A program made the position numbers and the translations under genes. Below are positions 1 through 12,259 of a stretch of DNA of 64,000 nucleotides, in pieces. Location: assembly GCA_964016885.1 (NCBI GenBank), contig OZ024740.1:261826001-261890000 (forward strand), read 5' to 3'. The notes beneath the pieces were generated by a model that was given only the letters and a program-made list of their open reading frames with translations, did no database searches and was not told the origin of the DNA. Every line of letters starts with the position of its first letter. Within the stretch, counting starts at the first letter, position 1. The stretch is from Eledone cirrhosa. Taxonomy: Eukaryota.

Positions 1-389
1 TTCCATCTCAGAATTCCCGCACTGTACCTAATAATAGACACAGCTCGGGAATTTACTGCGCTTATGGCATTTCTGCTGTTCAGATGTGACTTCAATACGC
101 TCCTTACTCTCCGAATGTATTCAGTTCTTAACAATTCCTTCATTTTTTTGTTCTTTATGCCATCAGCCTCCAGAACGCCCAAATACTTGTATCCTTCCTC
201 AGAGTCAATTTCCTTTATCATCTCACCTGTTGGTATCTGGATCCCGTTACTTCTGCTCAACCTACCCCTCCTCATCACAATGACTCCACATTTACCAATA
301 CCAAACTGCATACATATATCACTGCTGAAAATACGGACAGTGTCAACAAGCACATCCAACTCCTTCTCACTTTTCCCGAAGAGCTTAAG
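1..389 (-). mobile_element. 5'-truncated R4/Dong-like (RLE-type) non-LTR retrotransposon, RT/thumb region; runs off the window start
   Basis: Minus frame reads LKLFGKSEKELDVLVDTVRIFSSDICMQFGIGKC...GYKYLGVLEADG...EYIRRVRSVLKSHLNSRNAISAVN...YSAGILRW, the segment following the RT YxDD motif in R4/Dong elements. It begins directly after a (TAA)n tract. Confidence 0.85.
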
Positions 390-447
<58 letters not shown>

Positions 448-837
448 TTTGAGTCTCAGTCATTGATGTTAGTTAACTGGAAAGTTTGTTGAAATGAATA
501 TGGAGGCACTACCTGCAGCCTCAGATATTCAGGACGTATCGGAGGGTTCTTGCTGTTCCCAGCAAGCATGACTTTTGAAGCGTTCCAAAAAGCGTGAAGG
601 GGCCGATTTTCTTTAACCATCCCTGGAAACTTTTTGAGATAATACCTAGTGCGCCTATGACAATCGGGATCACTTTGACTTCATGGCAGTTCCAAATCCT
701 TTTTACCTCCCACTTTAAGTCCTGGTATCGGTTAATTTTCTCCCTCTCCTTCTCTTGCACTCTCGTGTCGAATGGGCAGGCCACATCCACAATCAGGCAC
801 GATCTTTTTTCTTTGTCCACAACCACCAGGTCAGGTC
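390..837 (-). mobile_element. 3' fragment of R4/Dong-like LINE: restriction-like endonuclease, short 3' UTR and (TAA)n tail
   Basis: RPDLVVVDKEKRSCLIVDVACPFD...EKINRYQDLKWEVKRIW...IPIVIGALG is a PD-(D/E)xK RLE domain. Stop at 521-523; (TAA)n at 390-446 and 838-872. Confidence 0.9.
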
Positions 838-873
<36 letters not shown>

Positions 874-1040
874 CACCTTCGTGACCACCATTATCCTCAC
901 CATTCTTCTTCTTCTTCTTCTTCTCCTTCTTCTTCTTTAATCAACATCATTTTTATTTTATCGGTATCATCGTCGTCGTTAGTATTATTATTATTGTTAT
1001 TATTATTATTATTATTACAATCATCATCATCATCATCATC
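838..1040. repeat. Compound trinucleotide microsatellite (TTA/CTT/TCA)
   Basis: Directly visible. Confidence 0.95.
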
Positions 1041-1610
1041 GTTGTATCCCCACCTTCTACAAAATAAGGCGATAAATGGTAGCATCTCGCTCACATGCTT
1101 ATGAAAAGTTGATGAAATTTGTTGGAAAGACACCCGTAAGTGCTGAAGGCTAATCAGTTACTACTGATAGAATTTCAATATAGGTGAGGAAAAAAAAAAA
1201 GACAAAAGAATAAAATATATATATAAAAAAAACAAAAAAAAAAATAGAAAAAAGAAGAATGAAGAGAAAAAGAGAAGAAACGAGTAAAGAAATATATAAA
1301 AATATACAAAAACCAAAGACGAAAAATGCTGGAAGAATTGGTGAAATCCAATTGACAAACTTTAACGCTTCGGGCTTATTGGCAACAACGATAAACATTT
1401 GCGAACTGTTATTTCTAACGTTTTTGCCTTACTTCGATTACAGAGGAAGATAAGAGAAATACTAAAGATATAAGGTAAGGTAAGTCTCTCTGAAACGGCA
1501 AAAGAAGGATCTTCTGAAAAAAAAAAAAAAAAAAAATGCCGCCCGAGGAAGTAATATAGCTAATGTAAACAGAACTGGGGAATTATTTTGCTAGATCGGT
1601 TGAGTATGAA

Positions 1611-1860
1611 ATGTATGTATGTATGTATGTATGTATGTATGTATGTATGTATGTATATATATATATAGAGATATATATATATATATATGTATGCATGTAT
1701 ATATACATATACATATATATACATATATATATGTATATATATGTGTAGGTAGGTGTGTGTGTGTACACATATACATATATTCATATAGTTTTATGACACA
1801 AGTATACACTCTTACAGAAACTGTCATATGTGCATGTGTTTATGTATATATATGGATATA

Positions 1861-1914
<54 letters not shown>

Positions 1915-1919
1915 TAAAA

Positions 1920-1950
<31 letters not shown>

Positions 1951-2232
1951 CATATATATATATACATATATATATATGTGTGTGTGTATGTGTGTGTGTG
2001 TGTGTCTGTGTGTGTCCGTGTGTGTATACGTATATATGAGTGTGTGTGTATATATGTGTGTTTATATATATGTATATACATACATATACACAGACAATAT
2101 ATATAACCAACATACAAGTACAACAATGAGAACTTAAAGAAGAAGAAAAAAAAGATGAATAAGAAGAAAATAGCCACAACAGCAGCAGCATCAGCAGCAG
2201 CAGCAGCAGCAACAACAACAACAACAACAACG
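1611..2232. repeat. Compound (TATG)n/(TA)n/(TG)n followed by (CAG)/(CAA) microsatellites
   Basis: Directly visible. Confidence 0.95.
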
Positions 2233-2577
2233 AAGACTGGAGAAGAGTTGTCGAAATTAGGAGCTGAGAGCAAGAAAATTATAAGTATACAGTTTCCTGC
2301 AATTCGATATCAATCAATGAACGAAGGGCAACAAAATGAGTAAAACCAAATTGCGCTTCTATAATAAGCTGGCTTTCAAGAATAAATACAAGTAAAGTTT
2401 AGTTATCCAGCAATAGGCTCATATATTTAAAGTGGCCAGAGGTAATTGTTTGTCTTCCCCCCCTTCATCTTCTCACAGAGAGATAGACAGCCATTAGGCA
2501 GCAATGTATATTTTGCTAATTGTTATTGTTGTTATTGTTACTGTTGATATATTATTAATGTTATTGAAGTTGTAATA

Positions 2578-2678
2578 GGCCGTGTATTGGTTCGTCAAGT
2601 ATGAAATTTGTAGACATTTGTTGTTTTTTTTCTACCTATTTCGACAAATTTCATACTTTTTACAACCCAATAAAAGGC
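2578..2678. repeat. Short imperfect inverted repeat (MITE-like)
   Basis: AAGTATGAAATTTGT (2597) is the exact reverse complement of ACAAATTTCATACTT (2644); weaker pairing continues outward. Confidence 0.6.
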
Positions 2679-3087
2679 TAAATGTGTAAAGGACCTCCGT
2701 CATTTGAAACGATGAGAGTTCTAGCTTTTGGATCAATGGAAGAAGCAGCTCATTCAAGACAAAACTCGTGTTGTATATTTAACGTAATTTCAAAACCAAA
2801 TCAGCGTGACAAAATATCTTACAAGGGCAAACCTTTCAATTACGGATACAGGTACAAACTATCTGTTTTCTTTCTATACAGTGTCTGTCTATCCAATTTT
2901 ACTCAAATCGGTGACTACGGTAGAGATACTTATCGAAGGTGACTCGTAGTTGGATGGATCAAATCGAGATTTTATGATTGCGAAGAAAACACCACTCAGA
3001 ATATATTTATACTTATATATACATTTAAACGTATTTTATAGCCCATACAATTTCTACATGCAACAACTCACAATGCATTGAGAAATA

Positions 3088-3306
3088 GCTGGGTACTGTA
3101 TCTAGGTGCTGGGTATTGGATACCCTACCTAGATACTGGGTACTGTACCTGGGTAGGGGATACTGGGTACTGGGTACTGAATTTGTGTACTGTATTTGGA
3201 TAGTGGATACTGGGGGCCGGGTACTGTAATTGGGTAATGGGTAGTGGACACTGTAACTGAGTACCGGATACTGTATCTGGGTATCGGGTACTGTAACTGG
3301 GTACTG
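3088..3306. repeat. Degenerate (CTGGGTA)-based minisatellite
   Basis: Recurrent ctgggtact/ctgtat variants. Confidence 0.85.
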
Positions 3307-3666
3307 CGTTTGGCCATTGAGTTACATACTGACTCCTAAAAGCCTAGAACGAATGGTGAGCTTTGGACAGGCCTATTGTCACTTAATTTAATCGAAGACT
3401 GACCGATGGAAACACTTTGATAAAAAAAACCAAGGCAAAGAAACAACAAAAAAAACAACAAAAACAAAAGAAGACAAAAATATAATATAACAACAACAAC
3501 AATTAAAGTGGTACGTGATAAGAAACTCTGAGGAGGGCTGGAGAGCAGGTCTTCAGAGAAGAACCCGTCCCTATGTAAGTGTTACACCCCATCATTTTGT
3601 ACACATTTAGCCATTTGGATATCGAAGACTTGTCTATTTGAATCGTATGGAGGAGATTTTATTGAC

Positions 3667-3741
3667 AAGATCTAGCTGGAACACCTATCCATTGCCTTAA
3701 GATCTAGCTGGAACACCTCTCCATTGCCTTAAGATCTAGCT
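3667..3741. repeat. 32-bp tandem repeat, about 2.3 units
   Basis: aagatctagctggaacacct(a/c)tccattgcctt twice, plus a partial third unit. Confidence 0.9.
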
Positions 3742-4260
3742 TCAACGTCTAGCTGGAACTCCCATTCTTTGCCTCTGTTTTCAAGCAAAAGATCTAAAAA
3801 AAAAGAAGAAAAAACAGGTGGGATGGCTGTGCCAACGATTAGACTGTGGTGTAGTTACTGTCCCTGCCCCTCTCCTTTTCTTTCGTCGTTTGGCCCTTCT
3901 TTCTCTTTTTCCTTTTCAATGTCTTTTTTCTTCTCCTTGTATATTTTATTTACACCATTATTTGATATCAATTCATTGAATACTTCTAAACAGAATCGTA
4001 ATAATCCAGAACATTTAAAAAATAAATCTAATAGATTCTTGAAATCAATTTCTTTTGAATTTATCGTTATTTTAATATATGAATCCATCTAACCCCGAAT
4101 TATGTTTCGAAATAAACCGGAGGCTCTGGGAAATATCTATGTCTTTGTCTAACTAATGTTTATATACCAATGATTGCGTATAACTGTTTATCCAACATTT
4201 TTTTTATTCAAAGCTTTTGTCTTCATTATAAAGAAATTGCATAAAATATTGAATATATAT

Positions 4261-4826
4261 ATGGTTACAACGTTCTCAAAGGATATAGGAATGGAGTTTG
4301 GCCAAGATAAATGCTCATACATGACTGTAAAGCGTGGAAAAATCGGCCTGATTTGCATACATGACTGTAAAGCGGGGACTAATCGGCCTGATTTGCACGT
4401 TAGCAGACTGGCTGATCAGTCAAATCTGCATGTTAGCAAAGCCGGTCATTTATCGCTCGTATACAGGAAACTGACTGGTCAGTCTTCTATGCAAATCTGG
4501 CTGATCAGTTGATCTGCTAATATGCAGATCTGACTGATCAGTCAGTCTGCTAACATGCAAATCAGGCCGATCAGTTACTGTGTATTTTTGAAAATAGCAT
4601 ATATTTTCACTAGCTCTGACAATTTGGCCGGTGAACAGTGAGCTGTACTGATGAAGGGTGATACCCAGAAACATTAGTGTCTGCAGTTCTGTTCGCATGC
4701 CAACACAAGAGCAAGAATGAAGTGTTCATTCTACTGACATGGCTATAAAATTGAGACTTGTTTGCATAATTGCAAACAAATCGAATGTTATTATTAATAT
4801 TCGAAACACTCAGATTACATTTATTA
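4261..4826 (+). mobile_element. Chimeric repeat copy 1: R4-like RT fragment + palindrome + HHR-bearing pLTR-like tail
   Basis: VTTFSKDIGMEFGQDKCSYMTVKRGK, then an inverted repeat at 4382-4571 and a hammerhead. Near-identical direct repeat at about 8082-8638. Confidence 0.8.
4633..4694 (+). ncRNA. Type I hammerhead ribozyme
   Basis: Stem I GAGCUGUA/UGCAGUUC (extended by GAACAG/CUGUUC); core CUGAUGA at 4648-4654; stem II GGG-UGAUA-CCC; GAAA; self-complementary stem III CAUUAGUG; GUC cleavage after 4681. Confidence 0.85.
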
Positions 4827-5083
4827 CCTCTTTTATACCATAATCGTGGTTCTGTCTTTGCGCGTAATTATTTTTCACCGCTCCTATTAATGACGTATTA
4901 TATTCGTTTTTTCCCGTTCTTTGCCAGGGAACATTTCCACGAACCAAAGTATCGTCTTTCTGTCTTCCTCCGGTTGCAACGTTTTTTGAAATATCCACTT
5001 CTGCGTTTACAGATTGACTTTGTTAGTTTCAGAAGATCCCGTTAAGGGTGAAAGCAGCGATTCTTTGCTTAAACTTTAATCTG

Positions 5084-5193
<110 letters not shown>

Positions 5194-5319
5194 GTAGGAG
5201 GTGAGTTTTATTGTAGTACAATAAAGCAATGCAGATATCGGATAAGTAGCACTCTACAGTTTGTAGGACTGGAGTATAAATAATATATAAGATCAAAAGA
5301 TGCTTAAAAGAGTTTCATG

Positions 5320-5390
5320 TATTTTATTATGCGCATTTCAAAAACAAATATCATCATGCGAAGAGATTTGTGTTTTCGTCAGATAAAATA
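5320..5390 (-). ncRNA. Minimal type I hammerhead ribozyme
   Basis: UAUUUUAU-CUGACGA-stem II-GAAA-UGCGCA-UA-AUAAAAUA; palindromic stem III. Confidence 0.8.
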
Positions 5391-5522
5391 GGGAGACATA
5401 ATATGAAGGTTAAAAAACACTTGTGAATAGTGCAGTTTTAAATCAACATATCATTTAAATATGTTGATTTAAAACTGCACTATTCACAAGTGTTTTTTTA
5501 ACCTTCATATCATGTCTCCCTA

Positions 5523-5587
5523 TTTTATCTGACGAAAACGCAAATGTCTTCGCATGATGATATTTGTTTTTGAAATGCGCATAATAA
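5523..5587 (+). ncRNA. Minimal type I hammerhead ribozyme, stem I shortened by a deletion
   Basis: UUAU-CUGACGA (5529)-stem II-GAAA (5572)-UGCGCA-UA-AUAA. Confidence 0.7.
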
Positions 5588-5610
5588 CTCTTTTAACCAT
5601 CTTTTGATCT

Positions 5611-5669
<59 letters not shown>

Positions 5670-5713
5670 TAGATAAATATACACGGGTGTGTATGATTGT
5701 GTATAGAAGATTA

Positions 5714-5925
5714 TATTAATAAGAGGAATTCCAACTTTGTCTGATTTACTCGTTTTATTTATAATCCTTTACAATTTATAATGGTATTATAATGAAATCG
5801 TATGATAGAATATTAAATGTTAAGTGTTAATTGAACAAGTACTTTCATGCTTTCGCAATCTTCAGGTTCATAATGTGTGGTAACAGTCAAGTTTGCAATT
5901 TTCAACTGTAATGAGATGGGTAAAT
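5714..5925 (-). mobile_element. Partial PLE terminal repeat, copy of 8737-8949
   Basis: Near-identical to 8737-8949, which lies downstream of a GIY-YIG ORF; contains a hammerhead. Confidence 0.85.
5832..5870 (-). ncRNA. Minimal type I hammerhead ribozyme
   Basis: UGAAC-CUGAAGA-UUGC GAAA GCAU-GAAA-GUAC-UU-GUUCA; stem I UGAAC/GUUCA and palindromic AGUACU stem III. Confidence 0.8.
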
Positions 5926-8081
5926 TTACAAGGATTTGCTACAAACAGCATGGCTGAACACGACATCAACAACAACATCAGTGGAGTACCGAAGAAAAAT
6001 GAGAAAGGTAAACAAAATTTATTCAGTTGTAGCTACAGAAGAAACCGAAATTATAAATCTCATTTCTCTTGGAGTTGCGAACTTAATGATGATTTATTTA
6101 ATTGTTATAAAATGGCAAAAAACAATCCCGCCGTTGGCTATATGAACAGAATGAAGCTACACTGGGACGAAATACACCCAGAGCCAAATCACTTCACGGC
6201 GAAACAATTACGCCAACAAGCGACGTTTTATGAACGTAAAAATAAGATAAATATTATTAATTGTAAGTCCCCCACAACAAACATGGAATCAACAACACGT
6301 GCTACAGATCATCATGCTATTAGATTTCCTAGCAGCCAGGTCGAACAGCGCCTTGAAACAACTATGCCTGTAAGAAACTTGACACCACCTGTACCATCTA
6401 AGTCTAGCTCGAATGCTTGGGGAAATCACTATCGATAATAATAATAATCGAAGAAATAATAATAATAATCGAAGAAATTTGACCCCGCGTGTACCATCCG
6501 AGTCTACCTCGACTGTTATGGAAAATACGATCGATAATGATAATAATCAAAAGTATAAACAATTGAAAATTTCCCTCAACGAAATCTTCCAGAGAGAAAT
6601 TAACTCATGTATAAATATCTCTCTGGCTGAACGTGTTAAAATGACAATGGTGAATAAAAAACAAAACAAATAATGAAATACTACGTGTTATTGACGAAAT
6701 AGGGGATGAATATTTACGACGGATAAAAACACCAACATTTTGGCAAATCAACGCCTGTTTATATGCCTTAGCAACGACAGAGAAGTATTATCTTGGTGAT
6801 AGCAGAGTTATTAACAAGAACAAAACACCACCAAAATACCATCATATATACATAAAATAGAAAAAAAAGAGTGCTGACATACGAAAAAACATAGGATATG
6901 TGACAATGCTCCTTACATGCAAACAAACACAAAAAAATCTCACTCCTCACCAACAAAGAGTGAAAAATAAAATAGAGACGATGTTTGGTAACAGTAGAAC
7001 CAGAACTCTTCAATATAAGCTCAAACAAGAATTGAGAGCTGTTAGCGAAAAACGCCTATACCTGAAGAAGGTAGATGAAAGAAAAGTGCTTAATAAAAGA
7101 TTCAGACGAAACCAAACATCAGTCTATAGAGATATGTAGGGCAAGATAATAAGTTTCACCGAGGCTCCATCCCAGAAAGACATAGATTCCTTTTGGAGAA
7201 AAATATGGGGTGAAAAGAAGAATTTCAACCAAGATGCAGTGTGGGTAAAAGAAATCCAAAAGAAATATTGCTCCTAAACTACAACAAAAACATACGAAAT
7301 AAGTGAGAGTACCCTTGAGACTGTGATAGGAAAACTCCAAGATAAGAAAACACCGGGAAGAGACATGATTGTCGGCTACTGGTACAAAAAACTGATATTC
7401 TATCGGAGGTATCTTGCCGACCTCTACCAGCAAGTTATTAAGGGAGATACACTTATACCAGAATTGTTGACATTAGCACAAACATTTCTGGTTCCCAAGA
7501 ACAAAGACACCCACTTAGCAAAAAACTACCGATCCATTGCATGCCAAAACCTGATGTATAAGATGTATACAGCCTGCCTGAACCTATTCCTCCAAGATCA
7601 CTGTGACAATAACATCATCACAGATGAACAATTAGCTGGAAAGAAAGAGGTTTGGGGATGTGCTGAACAACTCCTAATCAACAAAACTGCGATGTCGGAG
7701 GTGCGACAACATAGGAGGAATATGGCTACAGTCTGGCTGGACTACAGGAAAGCTTTCGATTCTGTTCCCCACTCTTGGATGATAGAGGCCCTCCCACTTG
7801 CTAAAGTCCCAGACATTATTGTCAGAGCCATAGAGAGGTACTCTTCTTTTGGGGCTACTATCCTAAGGTTAAAGACAGAGATGGAGGACTCTATGTTCAC
7901 TGATAAAATAAAATATTGCAGGGGTATATTTCAGGGGGGCAGTCTCTCTGTGATATTATTCATCTTGTCATTAAACCCCTTGTCCTTTCTGCTCAAGAAA
8001 TGTGAGGGATACATAATTTCTTTGTGCACGATCTGAAACTCTATGCCAAGAACATGGATGGGATGAAGAAAAATCTTGACC

Positions 8082-8737
<656 letters not shown>

Positions 8738-8854
8738 ATTAATAAGAGGAATTCCAACTTTGTCTGATTTACTCGTTTTATTTACAATCCTTTAAAAGTT
8801 ATAATGGTATTATAATGAAATAGTATGACAGAATATTAAATGTTAAGTGTTAAT

Positions 8855-8893
8855 TGAACAAGTACTTTCATGCTTTCGCAATCTTCAGGTACA
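8855..8893 (-). ncRNA. Minimal hammerhead ribozyme with one stem I mismatch
   Basis: Copy of 5832-5870 with UGUAC in place of UGAAC. Confidence 0.7.
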
Positions 8894-8929
8894 TAATGTG
8901 TGGTGACAGTCAAGTTTGCAATTTTCAAC

Positions 8930-9055
8930 TGTAATGAGATGGGTAAATTGTGTACCTTATATACAGTGAAAAGTGGCTCCAGAATGCTAAATCTTGCAAA
9001 CTGTATTTCGACCAATCGGTGTGTAGTTTCACTGAATTACTAAAGCTGATTGGTT
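8930..9055 (-). promoter_or_regulatory. Putative Pol II promoter in the pLTR (CCAAT boxes, TATA, Inr-like)
   Basis: CCAAT on minus near 9049-9053 and on plus at 9013-9017; TATATAA at 8963-8957; TCATT about 28 nt downstream, upstream of the HHR. Confidence 0.4.
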
Positions 9056-9719
9056 TAGGCGTCACGGTTGGTTGAGCATGTTTAACGACCACTAATTGAT
9101 CCTATCCAAAGTATCAATTGTTTTGCTATTTTTAGAAATCATGAAAATAGCATTTTCTAGTAATCATCACCATCAACATCACTTTTATTATTATTATTAT
9201 TGTTGTTGTTGTTGTTAGTGGTCATAGTCGACATGGTCGTAGTCATAGTCATAGTAGAAGTAATACCCCTAAGCATTATTATTGTTCATTTAGCTTGGGT
9301 TTGAATTTATCAATAAAATTCTTTTCTTTGACTTTTCTCTTGATTTCACTTGGGCTGTGTAATTTGTAGAATGGGAATATTATAAATATTCCCTGACCAC
9401 ATGTTGCTAGATGGTTACTTAGGGGTATCTGACGGACATTTGGGTCCTTGATTTGCTGACGGTGTACCCGTGCACCTACTGATAGTGCATTTCCAGTTTG
9501 ACCGACATATAGTTCTTCACAATTCGGGCGTTTAATGCAGTAAATTAGATTTCTGCTTTTGCAGTTCATATTTGCATTTGGGAATATTTTTCCAGTTTTT
9601 GTTTTCATATATTGACCGGCGTGTATGGATTGACATGTGCCGCATTGACTATCATTGCATTTAGATTCAGTGAATGATTGGTCTTTGTTGTTAAGGTCAA
9701 ACTTTGCTTTTGTTAGTAA

Positions 9720-10765
9720 TCACCAAGATAATACTTCTCTGTCGTTGCTAAGGCATATAAACAGGCGTTGATTTGCCAAAATGTTGGTGTTTTTATCCGT
9801 CGTAAATATTCATCCCCTATTTCGTCAATAACACGTAGTATTTCATTATCTGTTTTTTTTTTAATTCACCATTGTCATTTTAACACGTTCAGCCAGAGAG
9901 ATATTTATACATGAATTAATTTCTCTCTGGAAGATTTTGTTGAGGGAAATTTTCAATTGTTTATACTTTTGATTATTATCATTATCGATAGTATTTTCCA
10001 TAACGGTCGAGGTAGACTCGGATGGTACACGCGGAGTCAAATTTCTTCGATTATTATTATTATCGATAGTGATTTCCCCAAGCATTCGAGCTAGACTTAG
10101 ATGGTACAGGTGGTGTTAAGTTTCTTACAGGCATAGTTGTTTCAAGGCGCTGTTCGACCTGGCTGCTAGGAAATCTAATAGCATGGTGATCTGTAGCACG
10201 TGTTGTTGATTCCATGTTTGTTGTGGGGGACTTACAATTAATAATATTTATCTTATTTTTACGTTCATAAAACGTCGCTTGTTGACGTAATTGTTTCGCC
10301 GTGAAGTGATTTGGCTCTGGGTGTATTTCCTCCCAGTGTAGCTTCATTCTGTTCATATAGCCAACGGAGGGATTGTTTTTTTGCCATTTTATAACAATTA
10401 AATAAATCATCATTAAGTTCGCAACTCCAAGAGAAATGTGATTTATAATTTCGGTTTCTTCTGTAGCTACAACTGAATACATTTTGTTTACCTTTCTCAT
10501 TTTTCTTCGGTACTCCACTGATGTTGTTGTTGATGTCGTGTTCAGCCATGCTGTTTGTAGCAAATCCTTGTAAAATGAATTATGTATTTAGTCGGATATC
10601 TCTACGAATTCGAATAAAAAGTGTCTTCAGAAGATATAGTTAGAAGAATAACCAGTTATTCAACATGACTGGTAGTTGTGGCATTACTGTCGGAGATAGT
10701 ATTCACCTTAAATTTAATGACTAGTCTCCCACACCAAAATATGCGACTGATCGCGTTGACTGACT
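9720..10765 (-). mobile_element. 5' end of R4/Dong-like element: probable 5' UTR 10574-10765 plus inverted copy of 5926-6799
   Basis: 9720-10573 is the reverse complement of 5926-6799 with scattered substitutions and one short indel. ATG at 10549 (MAEHDINN). The upstream sequence abuts (CAGT)/(CATA) repeats. Confidence 0.75.
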
Positions 10766-11319
10766 GACTGTATGTATGTATGTCTGTATGTATGTACGTA
10801 TATATATATATGTATGTTTATCTCTTTCTCTTAATTTCGAGTACATTTTTTTTGACCGGCCACCTTCCTGGTGGCAAGGTTGTAAAAGAAAAGAAATTGT
10901 CATCCCTTGAATCGCAAGAATGTTTTGCAAATTTTGTATGTATGTATGTATGTATGTATGTATGTATGTATGTATGTATGTATGTATGTATGTATGTATG
11001 TATGTATGTATGCATAGGAGGATGCCGTTTCCCTGTCCGTGTTTACGTTTGCGATTTGTTTATGTGCCGTAACATAGCTGTTATATGAACCGAAATAGAA
11101 AACAAAAATACGATTGTGATTTAAAACTAAATGTCGTAATTACATATAATAGCAAGAATGGTATTTCATGGTGCTTTAACCCCCAAGGGAGCGGTAGGGG
11201 TGCCGTATTAACATACAGCGTTTCCTCGTCACTTTAGGCCTGGCGGAGCCTATCCCCTCTCTAAGTCTGAATACAGCAGATTACTTCCAGAGAAAGATAG
11301 AACGTGTGCGTTGTGTGTA

Positions 11320-11437
<118 letters not shown>

Positions 11438-11451
11438 GCGAAGTGAAAAAG

Positions 11452-11621
11452 AGATATAGAGGAAGAATTGACCCCAGTACAAGACTGGTAATTTTTTTTA
11501 TCGACCTCGAAAGGAAGAAAGGCAAAGTTGACCTTGGCCGGATTTGAAATCAGAGCGCAGAGATTCGGAATGAATACAGCAAAACTTTCTATCAGACGTT
11601 CCGATCTCTCTGCCAATTCAA
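11452..11621 (-). mobile_element. tRNA-derived SINE with Deu/Nin-type central domain
   Basis: A-box-like TGGCAGAG, B-box-like TTCAAATCC, core CTTTGCCTTTCTTCCTTTCGAGGTCGATAAAA...ACCAGT. Related copy at 55452. Confidence 0.75.
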
Positions 11622-11646
11622 CAGCAAGAATAGATACAGTACTTTG

Positions 11647-11797
11647 ACGAAATATCCCAGTTTCCGACTATCAAATTGCACTAAGTATTTTTGTCGTCCC
11701 AAGGCTACGTTAAAAGACATTTGTTTCAGAGAACAACTGAATGGAATAAAACCTGTAACTATGTAGTTATGAAGCAAACTTCTTAACCAGATAACAA
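11647..11797 (-). mobile_element. Degenerate tRNA-derived SINE (second family)
   Basis: Colinear with the plus-strand copy at 60472-60630 (GGTTAAG...TGTCTT...CGGAAA...CGTC). Confidence 0.55.
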
Positions 11798-12259
11798 TAC
11801 CTGTACAACTTGCTGGATGCAATTAGAGACATATTTCAAACTAACAATAGTGGTTCTAGAAAAATGCTTAAAACCAAACTCAGTGGAACTAATTAGCATA
11901 ATGGCAGAACATGAAGAAAACAAAAGCACAAACATTTGTCTGCGTATAAAGAAAGAATAAATCATGGACTAGAAGCTAACTACAGCGAATGAAAATGTTT
12001 ATAAAAGAACAAGAAACAACAACAGAAAAGGTAAACATATAAATCAAAATCAAAATGAAACTCTAAAAACATATTAAAACAAAAACGGATTAGAAAAAAA
12101 TCACTCCTTAAAAGTTAAAATCTTTCTCAAGTGCAGAAGCTCTTAAGTGCGAAGCTAATCCCGGGTTCATATGTACATTGGTTCTCACCTACTCTCACTT
12201 TTGGCTCCGAAAACTTTCAGCCTCATTCTGGTAACTGCTTTTGTTGGCAGGCTAAATTT

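Noticed and set aside
1560-2273. Many YIYI/VCVC/SLSL/MYVC/FIFI ORFs here and across the window
   Set aside because: They are translations of stop-free microsatellites.
9279-10549. In-frame fusion protein of the R4 N-terminus with PLE GIY-YIG
   Set aside because: At the junction the R4 frame reads GGT GAT TAC TAA (stop), while the PLE frame TTA CTA ACA is shifted. The R4 part is also frameshifted.
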